Positions 14,301-24,841 of a DNA stretch of 64,000 bases are shown piece after piece. The position numbers and the translations under genes are program-made. This stretch comes from Anaeramoeba ignava BMAN. Taxonomy: Eukaryota; Protista; Anaeramoebae. The stretch's first letter is position 1, and each line of letters opens with the position of its first letter. Location: assembly GCA_028826165.1 (NCBI GenBank), contig JAPDFW010000114.1, positions 62,001-126,000 on the forward strand. Direction: 5' to 3'. The notes below the pieces were generated by a model. That model did not search any database. It was not told the origin of the DNA and worked only from the letters and a program-made list of their open reading frames with translations.

Positions 14301-14968
14301 TATTAAATTAATTATTAAATTAATTATTAAAATAATTATTAAAATAATTAAAAATTAATTATTTAAACAGTTAAAATAAAAATTATTTTATTTTTTATTA
14401 AGATTTATTTTAGATTTTTATTTTTATTCCATTTTTAAATTAGTTTTGATTTAATTATAAATTATTTTAAATTAATAATTAAATTATTTTAAATTTAATT
14501 TTTTTAATTATTATTAGATTTATTATTAAATTTATTAAATTAATTATTAGATTTATTATTATTGATTTATTATTAGATTTATTAGATTTTTAATTAAATT
14601 TATGATTTATTATTATTGATTAAATTTTTATTCCATTTTTTAAATAAATTATTATTAATTATTAAATTAATTATTAAATTAATTATTAAATTATTTCTGA
14701 ATTATTTTTGGATTGTTTATTAAATTTATTATTAAATTTATTATTAAATTTTTTTGGATTTTTGGATTAAGTTGAATTAATATTTAATTTGGGGTAAATT
14801 TTAAAATTTAAATTCAAATTGATTCCTTATAAGAAAATTAATCAAAAAAAATATTAAAATTTGTTTTGTTTAATCAAATAAAGATCAAAAAAAAATTTTA
14901 AATTAATCTTTTTCTTTTTTTTTGATTTGTTTCGTTAATAAATTAATTTTAAAAATTTACCTTAACAT
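11314..14968 (-). CDS. ADA2: Transcriptional adaptor ADA2 (ZZ finger, SANT, SWIRM); main exon 11314-12598, proposed 8-nt first coding exon 14961-14968
   Basis: FHCNCCKRDI...CAKCTDFDLCISC (ZZ), WAVEEEQLLLEAIQLYGLGNW...VGTK...C..HY (SANT), GYM..R.EFE.EYD..AE. The micro-exon is inferred from phase. Confidence 0.93.
12612..14010. repeat. 12-bp minisatellite (AATTAATTATTA) in ADA2 intron 1, degenerating towards 14750
   Basis: 12-nt period; its reverse complement TTTAATAATTAA/TTTAATAAATAA is a variant seen in the other arrays. Confidence 0.92.
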
Positions 14969-15180
14969 TTATTTAATCAAAAATTTTTAAGAATATTTTA
15001 TATTTAATATTATTAATATTAATAAAAATAAGAGATAAGGAAAAAAAATAACAATTATAATCAAAAAAAGAAAATAGAAAAATGAAAAAAAAATTAAAAA
15101 AAAATTAAAATTTAATTTTTTTCAACGGTTAAAATAAAAAAATTCATTTATTTTTTTAATTAGATTTCTTTTTATTTTTA

Positions 15181-15858
15181 TTTTTATTCCATTTTTTTAA
15201 ATAAATTTTGATTTAATTATTGATTTGATTTCTATTCCATTTTTTTAAATGAATGTTGATTTAATTATTGATTTAATTTTTATTCCATTTTTTTAAATAA
15301 ATGTTGATTTAATTTTTGATTTAATTTTTATTTCATTTTTTTAAATAAATTTTGATTTAATTATTGATTTGATTTTTATTCCATTTTTTTTAAATAAATT
15401 TTGATTTAATTATTAATTTAATTTTTATTCCATTTTTTTAAATGAATGTTGATTTAATTATTGATTTGATTTTTATTCCATTTTTTTAAATGAATGTTGA
15501 TTTAATTATTGATTTGATTTTTATTCCATTTTTTTAAATAAATGTTGATTTAATTATTGATTTAATTTCTATTCCATTTTTTTAAATAAATTTTGATTTA
15601 ATTATTGATTTAATATCTATTCCATTTTTTTAAATGAATGTTGATTTAATTATTGATTTAATTTCTATTCTATTTTTTTAAATAAATTTTGATTTAATTA
15701 TTGATTTGATTTTTATTCCACTTTTTTAAATAATTGTTGATTTAATTATTGATTTAATATCTATTCCATTTTTTTAAATAATTGTTGATTTAATTATTGA
15801 TTTGATTTTTATTCCATTTTTTTAAATAAATGTTGATTTAATTATTGATTTGATTTCC
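15181..15858. repeat. 48-bp tandem repeat, about 14 copies (ATTCCATTTTTTTAAATAAATGTTGATTTAATTATTGATTTGATTTTT)
   Basis: ATTCCAT-type anchor at 15186, 15234, 15282, 15330, 15378, 15427, 15475 ... 15811. Confidence 0.95.
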
Positions 15859-16609
15859 ACAAACAAAATATCAAGTTATTTTATTTATTTTGATTATATT
15901 TATTGAAATAATTTAGTAATTTTTCTTTTCAGTTTTATTTTTGAATTTGAATTTGAATTTCCTTTTTTTTTTGTAATAAATAATTTTATAATTTTTATTT
16001 ATTGATTTTTTAATGTTTGAAACTCCCCAAAATGTTTAATTTAATTTTAATAAAAGAAATAAAAAAAATGATCAAAATAACCTAAAAACTAAAAAGGAAA
16101 AAAAAAAAGGAAAAAAAGGTTTGATCGTTTTATTTTTAAATTATCTTTTTTAATTTATCTTTTTTTAATTATCTTTTTTAATTTATATTTTTTATTTATC
16201 TTTTTTAATTTATCTTTTTTAATTTATATTTTTTAAATTTATCTTTGGATTGTTAAAAAAAAAATTAATAAGAAAATTAAAAAGAAAAAAAATTTTTTTG
16301 TTTTTCTTTTTTAATTTTAATTAGATTTCAAAAGAAAATCAAAAAGAAAAAATAATTTGATCGAAATTATTATTTTAAATTATTATTTTAAATTGATTTT
16401 TTAATTTTAATTTAAAATTTTGAAATAATGAGTTGTCAATTTAATTTTTAATTTAAAATCAATTGGGGGCAAAAAGAAAAATAAAATTTCCAATTAAAAA
16501 AATCAAAAAAAAGCAAAAATTTGATCAAAATAAAGTTAAAAGAAAAGAAAAAAAAAAAAAGGTTTTCAATTCTCATTTTTCAATTTTGAAAAAACAAACA
16601 AAAACAAAC

Positions 16610-17488
16610 ATGAAACTTTTCATTTTGGTTTTACTTTTTGCAATTGCATTCACCAGTATAGTGGATGAAATTAACAATGCAAATGTAGGATGGACCGCAC
16701 AAGAATATGAACAATTTGCAGGAAAAACAAAAGAAGAATTAAGAAGTTTGTTAAACACACATTTAGGACCATATGATTTACCAAAAAAAGAATTTATCAG
16801 TTACGAAGCACTTCCAACAAATTTCGACCCACGAGACAAATGGCCAAGTTGCATTCATGCAATAAGAGATCAAGGCAACTGCGGTTCATGCTGGGCATTT
16901 GGAGCAGCAGAAGCATTAACCGACAGATTCTGCATTCAGAAGAATATTGACGTCATCCTTTCAACTCAAGACCTCGTGTCATGTGACAAGAATAATTACG
17001 GATGTGATGGCGGTTATTTGGATGTTGCTTGGGCTTTTATGAAAGCAACTGGTGTTGTTACTGAGGAATGTTATCCTTATACTTCTGGTACTTCAGGACA
17101 AACTGGAAGCTGCAAAAGAACTTGCAAAGATGGATCAACTGGAAAGAAATATCATGCTAGCAACTACTACAGTGTTAGTGGAATCACTAATATCATGAAT
17201 GAACTCTATACTAATGGTCCTACTGAAGGTGCTTTTGAAGTCTATGAAGATTTCATGAACTACAAGAGTGGTGTCTATCGTCATATCTCAGGAAGTTATC
17301 TTGGTGGTCATGCTATTAAAGTCATGGGTTGGGGTGTTGAAAGTGGAAAAGACTACTGGCTCTGTGCTAATTCTTGGGGTACTTCTTGGGGTATCAGTGG
17401 TTACTTTAAAATCCTTAAAGGTGTTGATGAATGTGGTATTGAAGATGATATTGTTGCTGGTATGGCTGGTACTGTTGGTTTCTTCTAA
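16610..17488 (+). CDS. Cathepsin B-like papain-family (C1A) cysteine protease with signal peptide and short propeptide; occluding loop absent
   Basis: MKLFILVLLFAIAF signal peptide; DQGNCGSCWAF, GCDGG, GGHAIK, CANSWGTSWG, CGIEDD. Confidence 0.96.
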   Translation: MKLFILVLLFAIAFTSIVDEINNANVGWTAQEYEQFAGKTKEELRSLLNTHLGPYDLPKKEFISYEALPTNFDPRDKWPSCIHAIRDQGNCGSCWAFGAAEALTDRFCIQKNIDVILSTQDLVSCDKNNYGCDGGYLDVAWAFMKATGVVTEECYPYTSGTSGQTGSCKRTCKDGSTGKKYHASNYYSVSGITNIMNELYTNGPTEGAFEVYEDFMNYKSGVYRHISGSYLGGHAIKVMGWGVESGKDYWLCANSWGTSWGISGYFKILKGVDECGIEDDIVAGMAGTVGFF

Positions 17489-17675
17489 TTCTCTCTAATC
17501 TCAATCTCAATCTCAATCTCAATCTCAATTTGATTTCTTTTACTTTTTCTTTTTCTTTTCTTTTACTTTTTCTTTTACTTTTCTTTTTTTGGTTTGATTT
17601 GAGAAATTTTTTTCTTCTCAAATTTAGGAGAATAAAGAAAATCAAATCCGAAATTTACTTTTTCAATTCTTTTCA

Positions 17676-18812
17676 AAAATAAGAATAGATTTAATTTAAT
17701 ATTTAATTTATAAATTAATTTAAAAATATAATTTAATATTTAATTTTATTATTAAAATAATAATTTATTGTTTTATATTTAATTATTTTATTATTTAAAT
17801 ATTTAACATATAAATATAAAAAATAAGAATAGGTTTAATTTAATATTTAATTTATAAATTAATTTAAAAATATAATTTAATATTTAATTTTATGTTTAAA
17901 ATGATAATTTATTGTTTTAAATTTAAATATTTTATTGTTTAAATATTTAACATATAAATATAAAAATAAGAATAAATTTAATTTAATATTTTAATTTATA
18001 AATTAATTTAAAAATATAATTTAATATTTAATTTTTATGTTTAAAATAATAATTTATTGTTTTAGATTTAAATATTTTTTATTATTTAAATATTTAACAT
18101 AAAAATATAAAAAAATAAGAATAGGTTTAATTTAATATTTAATTTATAAATTAATTTAAAAATATAATTTAATATTTAATTTCATTATTAAAATAATAAT
18201 TTAATGTTTTAGATTTAAATATTTTATTATTTAAATATTTAAACATAAAAATATAAAAATAAGAATAAATTTAATTTAATATTTAATTTATAAATTAAAT
18301 TTAAAAATATAATTTAATATTTAATTTCATTATTAAAATAATAATTTATTGTTTTAGATTTAAATATTTTATTATTTAAATATTTAACATAAAAATATAA
18401 AAAATAAGAATAGATTTAATTTAATATTTAATTTATAAATTAATTTAAAAATATAATTTAATATTTAATTTTATGTTTAAAATAATAATTTAATGTTTTA
18501 GATTTAAATATTTTATTATTTAAATATTTAACATAAAAATATAAAAATGGAAATAGATTTAATTTAATATTTAATTTATAAATTTAATTTAAAAATATAA
18601 TTTAATATTTAATTTTATTATTAAAATAATAATTTAATGTTTTAAATTTAAATATTTTATTATTTAAATATTTAACATATAAATATAAAAATGAAAATAG
18701 GTTTAATTTAATATTTAATTTATAAATTGATTTAAAAATATAATTTAATATTTAATTTTATTATTAAAATAATAATTTATTGTTTTAGATTTAAATATTT
18801 TATTATTTAAAA
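17676..18812. repeat. ~144-bp tandem satellite, about 8 copies
   Basis: AAGAATA-type anchor at 17681, 17825, 17968, 18117, 18261, 18406, ~18549, ~18693. Confidence 0.93.
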
Positions 18813-19224
18813 ATATTTTGAAAATTGATTTTTGAAATTAAAATTTTATCTTTTTGAATTAAATTGAATTAATATTAATTTAGAAATTTGTTTTTAAAAT
18901 TTAAATTTATTAATAATTTTTAAATTCCAAAAAAAAATTAAATTAAAAATTAAATTAAAATAATTTTCCTTTTTTTTTAATAATAAAAATTAATAAAAAA
19001 TAATAATAATTTATTAATAAATTAATTTAAAATAATAAATTAAAAAGAAAATTAAATTAATTATTAATTTAAATTTATTCTCATTTTTTATATTTTTATT
19101 TATTTTCAAAATCCACTTTTTTTATTCATTTTTTTTATTTAAATTTTTTTTTTTCATTTTTTTCCTTTTTTTTAAAAACAAAAACAAAAACAAAAACAAC
19201 AAAAAACAAAAACACAAAAACAAA

Positions 19225-20792
19225 ATGGATAATAATAATAATAATAACCAAAATGAAAATGCAAATCAAAATGAAAATCAAAATGAAATGAAAAATTTAG
19301 AAAAAAAAGGTAACAAAAAATTTAATTAAAAATTATTCAAACCTTTTAAATGGAAATTCAAATTCATTTAAAGATTTTTCAATTTTTGTTGAGAATAAAT
19401 CAAATCCTTTTGAAATTAAAGTTCATAAATCAATTTTATCTTCAAGATCTCCTTTTTTTAATGAATCATTAAGGCAAGAATCTCTTTCTATTTCTTTAAA
19501 ATCAATTTAATAAAAAAGAAATGGAATCAATTTTGAGTTATATTTATTATGGAAATATTTCTTTTGAGAATCAAGAAAATCTTATTCAATTATTGGAAAT
19601 TTCAATTTATTTTAAATTAAATTTATTGAAAGAAATTATTCAAAAAAAAATTTCAAATTCAATTAATTATTCAAATTTTTTCCAATTTTTATTCCAAAAT
19701 CGAAATTTAAATTCAAATGAAATTGAAATAAAATGTTTTGAATTAATAAATCAAAATTTTTCCCAAATTCAGAATAATGAGAATTTATTCAATTTAACTA
19801 AAGAAGAAATTATCAAATTTATTCAATTTAAACAAGAAAAAAAAGAAATTTTTCAATTTGATTTTTTTCAATTTTTAAATAATTGGATTGAAAAAAGGAA
19901 TAAGAGATTAAAAGGAAAGAAAGAAAAAGAAAAAGAAAAGGGAATTGAAAAGAAAAGATTATTTCATTCTTTTTTTTCATTATTTGATAAATATTCAATT
20001 TCAAAACAAGATTTTGATAAATTAAAACAATTTGATTTTTTTCCTAAATCTTTTTTAGTTGATATTCAAAACAAAGTTATTCAAGATAATCAAAAAGAAA
20101 TTGAAAAGAAAGAGAAGGAAATTGAAGATAAAAACAAAGATATCGAAGATTTAAGAAAAACAATTGCAGAAATGAAACCTGTTTTTGAAGAATTTATAAA
20201 GAAAATGGAGATCAAAGAGAAATTTCCTCAATTCTCAAATTCGAAAATTATTAAAGATATTAAATACATTAAGAAATTACAAGAATGGATAAATGATAAT
20301 GATTTCTTTTACAAAATGAAAAAAGGATTTTCAGCAAAAAGAGATGGATTTGATTCTAAAAAATGGCATGAAGCAGTTGATGGAAAAATAAGAACATTAG
20401 TTATTATCAAAACAACAGATAATTTTATTTTTGGAGGTTTTACTCGAGTTGGATGGAATTCTGAGTTTAACAATTACAGGAGAGATTCACAAGCATTTAT
20501 TTTTTCATTAAGAAATGGTAAAGAACATAGAACTCCCCAGAAGTTTACAATTAAAGAAGGTGAAGAAAAATATGCAATTTATTATAATTTAGTTAGAGGT
20601 CCTTGGTTTGGAAAAGGTGAAAATAATCCAGATTTTTATCTAATGGCTAATTTACAACCTGGTTTTTCAAATTTTGGTAATAGCTATAATTTGCCTGATG
20701 GGATTGAATATGGAACAGATGAGGCAAGAAATTATTTAGCTGGTTTTTATTGTGAATGGATTGTTGATGAACTTGAAACTTATTTCATTTAA
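19225..20792 (+). CDS. BTB/POZ - coiled coil - TLDc protein, with two apparent +1 indels near 19305 and 19500
   Basis: BTB motif FKDFSIFVE...IKVHKSILSSRSPFF lies upstream of ORF 19521; TLDc FSAKRDGF...TLVIIKTTDNFIFGGFT...AFIFSL...ELETYF. Confidence 0.85.
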
Positions 20793-20960
20793 AAAAACTT
20801 TTATTCATTTTTTTTTCATTTTTTTTTCAAAGTTTAATTCAATTTTAATTTACTTTCAATCAAATCAAATTCTTCAAATCAATAAATAAGAAACAAAACC
20901 AATTTTAAATAATTTCAAATTTATTAATTTTATCTATTTAGCAAGTTAAAAATCAAAATT

Positions 20961-21350
20961 TTTCATTTTGATTTAGATTTTCATTTTGATTTTGATTTTG
21001 ATTTAGATTTTCATTTTGATTTTGATTTTCATTTTCATTTTCATTTTGATTTTGATTTAGATTTAGATTTAGATTTTGATTTAGATTTTCATTTTCATTT
21101 TGATTTTCATTTTGATTTAGATTTAGATTTTGATATTGATTTAGATTTTGATTTTCAAATTGATTTTGATTTTCATTTAAATTTTCATTTTGATTTTGAT
21201 TTAGATTTAAATTTTCAAATTGATATTGATTTTGATTTTGATTTTGATTTTGATTTTGATTTTGATTTTGATTTTGATTTTGATTTTGATTTTGATTTTC
21301 AAATTGATTTTGATTTTGATTTTGATTTTCATTTTCATTTAAATTTTCAA
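20961..21350. repeat. Hexamer microsatellite (TTTTGA/TTTTCA/TTTAGA)
   Basis: Direct 6-nt periodicity between convergent genes. Confidence 0.9.
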
Positions 21351-21650
21351 AATTTGATTTTATTAATTTTTGATTTTCATTTTCAGAATCTGTTAAAAAA
21401 TTAGAACTTTCATCATTTGATTTTTCATCACTAATTTCTTTTGTATTAATTGGAATAATTTCATCGTTTTGGATTTGAGAATTAAATGGATGGATAAATT
21501 TTTTTGGAATTTTGATTTTGATTTTAACAATAGCAAAAATTTTGATTTTTAATTTCGGAAAATAAAAATGTTTCTTATTTGTAGAAGCACCAAGAAGAAA
21601 ATAATAGGCATATCTTGTTGCACAATAAGATAAATCACTTGGAATTTAAA
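21350..21650 (-). other. Degenerate partial duplicate of the MFS last exon (21665-21990)
   Basis: Long near-identical blocks such as CAGAATCTGTTAAAAAATTAGAACTTTCATC and GATAAATCACTTGGAATTT occur in both, with deletions and repeat intrusions. Confidence 0.85.
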
Positions 21651-21653
21651 TTT

Positions 21654-23511
21654 TCAAAAAAATTTTCTTGATTTTATTAATTTTTGATTTTCATTTTCAG
21701 AATCTGTTAAAAAATTAGAACTTTCATCATTTGATTTTTCATCACTAATTTCTTTTGTATTAATTGGAATAATTTCATCATTTTGGATTTGAGAATTAAA
21801 TGGATGGATAAATTTTTTTGGAATAAGTTTGAAAGAAGCAAGAAAATTAACAATAGCAAAAAATAAAGCAATAACAAAAGATAATTTCGGAAAATAAAAA
21901 TGTTTCTTATTTGTAGAAGCATTTAGAAGCACCAAGAAGAAAATAATAGGCATATCTTGTTGCAAATAAGATAAATCACTTGGAATTTCAGTTGCTCCAA
22001 AAACAATTCCTTTCTCTTTTTCAGGAACTGATCTTTCATAATAATAACTAACACTTGAACTACAAATAATGCAAAATGAACTAATACAGAATATTATGTA
22101 ACTTATCCAACTTATAGGATTAATAAGAAGTGCAATATATTGAATCACTCCAAAAAATGCTCCAAAATGATATGCTTTTTTATTTCCTAATTTGGAAACA
22201 AAAAATTTAGTTCCAAATGAAGCAGCCAAAGAGTTTGAAATTCCTTTTTTTGATTTATTTGATTTAATTTGATTTATTTGATTTATTTGATTTATTTGAT
22301 TTATTTAATTCATTTGATTTATTTGATTTATTTGATTTATTTGATTTGATTTAATTTGATTTGATTTAATTTGATTTGATTTAATTTGATTTGATTTAAT
22401 TTGATTTATTTAATTTATTTAATTTATTTGATTTGATTTGATTTAATTTGATTTATTTGATTTATTAATTGATTTGATTTATTTAATTTATTTAATTTAT
22501 TTGATTTGATTTATTTATTTTATTTGATTTGATTTATTTGATTTATTTGATTTAATTTATTTGATTTGATTTAATTTATTTGATTTGATTTGATATTTTT
22601 TTACCTATTATGAGAAAACTTAAATAAACTTCTTTTTTTCCCCAATTAAATTGACCTTAAAAATAAGAAAAATTAAAATATAAATTTTGATTTGTTTGAT
22701 TTGTTTCTGATTTAAAGTTTACTATAACTATAATATTGCCAAATTGTTGAAACCGCAAAAAATGAGAAAATATAAAAGAAAATCAAAGGAAGCAAACGCC
22801 AAACAACTTTATATTTTTTTAAATAAGCTAAACCACCAACAGGATTTGCTTTTTTCCAATCCCAAATTCCTTTTTGTTTGATAGTTTCAGGGAAAATAGC
22901 GAAAACAAAAAGTAAATTAAACATTCCAATAAGAAAAGAAGCAATCAAGATCCAAACATCATTTCTATGAAAAACACTAACAAAAATAAGACCCAAAACA
23001 GATCCAATAACAGATCCAAACTGGTTGAATCCGATTGTATTTCCAATTTGAGTTGTGAATTTCCCTGTTTCTTTTAAATCAGCAAAACAAGCCGCACAAA
23101 CTTGATAATTGGAATATGAGACTGAATAGATTATTCGACTCAAAAAAGCGGTCCATATTGTTGGATGCAATACAAAAATAATTGGATATATTCCTGAAAA
23201 AAGAAGAATAAGAAGAAATGATTTTTTTCTTCCAAATCGATCAGAAAATACTCCCATAAAGGAATTCACGAATATCATTAATAAAGATTGTGTTCTATTT
23301 ATAAAATTAATTCAAGATTTTTCTTTTTTTGGTTTTTTTTCTAAAATTCAAACCCTTCAATAATTCCTTCGTAAAAGGATGCTTTGCTTTTATTAGAATT
23401 TAAAACTTTCACTAATAAATAATCTCTATAAGCAGTTGAACTTAATGATCCCATAATTTCCAATATCATAACTTCCATATAAATTGCAAAAGAAATGAAT
23501 CTATTTTTCAT
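21654..23511 (-). CDS. MFS transporter, TetA/MFSD14-like; exons 23354-23511, 22723-23294, 22605-22655, 21654-22243
   Basis: Motif A GVFSDRFGRKK, FPETI, ANP..GL, QFNWG; three phase-consistent GT-AG introns. Confidence 0.9.
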
Positions 23512-23683
23512 AATCAATTTTCAAATAAAATTTAAAGAAGAAAAAAAAATGAAAAAAATCAAAAATCAAAAATGGAAAATTTATTTGAGAAAAAAAAAAA
23601 GAATAAAGAATAAAATTTGGATAAACTAAAAAAGTGGATTATTTGAAACAAAATCTTCTTCTTCTTCTTTTTTTTTTTTGCTT

Positions 23684-24604
23684 TTAGTTTTTCTTCCTAA
23701 ACAAAACAATAAATTTTTTCCAATCAAAAAGAGCTTGTCCTAAAGGAAAGAATTCTCTTTTTGCTTCATGGTTATACATCAAAGCAAGTGAGGCATAAGA
23801 ACTAAGTATTGAAACCATTAAGCAAGGAATTCCAACCAAAATGGAATTGAATCGGTAACCAAAATTGAGAATCAAAAAGAAAATTGCAATATCCATCCAA
23901 AATAAGAACCAAAACTGGACTTGAGTAAGTTGTAAGGCAAATAAAGTGAAAAATATCATAAAAACAAGAATTGCAATCAGAAAAGAAGCAAAAACCTTGT
24001 CTTTTGCTTCAACAGCTTTTTGTGATGAACTCCATAATCCCATCATCCAAGAGAGAGCCAAAGAGAAAAAGAATAAAGTAACTAACTAAATAAAATGGAA
24101 ATTTAAAAAAACAAAATTGAGAATTAGGGAAAATTTTTTTTTTGATTAAAAAATTTCTTGAAGAAAATTTTACAAAAAATAAACAAGCGCCAAAATTATG
24201 TTTCACTCTAAAATCAAGAATTGCAGCAATTAAGGTTAATAAAGATGGAAAAAACATGAAAACACTTAATTTTTTAACTAATTAAAAATTTAAATTCAAA
24301 TCTAAATTAAATTAAAAATCTAAATTAAAAATTCAAATTTACCATCTTCATCTGTCATTCCAAAACTAGCCATTGCTATAGCTAAATATCCAAATGAAGA
24401 TCCAATCAATCCAAGTGATGTTGCTTCAAGTTTTCCTTCTCTTTTTGGTTTCATTATAAGTGGAATTTTTTGAATTTTTTTTGATTGATTTTGAGATTTT
24501 GAATATCTTTTTCTTGAATTTGTTTTTTCGTTTTTTGCAGATTCATAATTTGGATCAGGTTCTGAAATAAAATCATCAGATTCAAGATTTAACTCATTTT
24601 CCAT
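23684..24604 (-). CDS. GPR1/FUN34/YaaH (SatP/Ady2, AceTr) acetate/monocarboxylate channel; exons 24343-24604, 24174-24277, 23684-24085
   Basis: EATSLGL at the NPAPLGL position, LDFRVKHNFGA resembles EYKKGNTFG, C-terminal YASLALMYN...FFPLG; about 6 hydrophobic segments. Confidence 0.78.
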
Positions 24605-24841
24605 TTTATTCAAAAAAGAAAAATGAAAATGAAAATGAAAAAAAGAAAAATGAAAAGTGGATCATAATTTGTTTTTTGATTGATTTATTTTTTCTTTCAA
24701 ATCTATTTTTATTATTTTTATTATTTTTTTCCAGTTGTTTAAATTACGTGTAAACTTCAATCAGCAAAACAAAAAAATTAAAATTAAAATTAAAATTAAA
24801 ATTCTTTTTTTCATTTTTTTTCATTTTTTTCTTTTTCAAAA

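Noticed and set aside
15181-18812. CRISPR-like arrays
   Set aside because: Units are head-to-tail with no unique spacers, there are no cas genes, and the context is eukaryotic.
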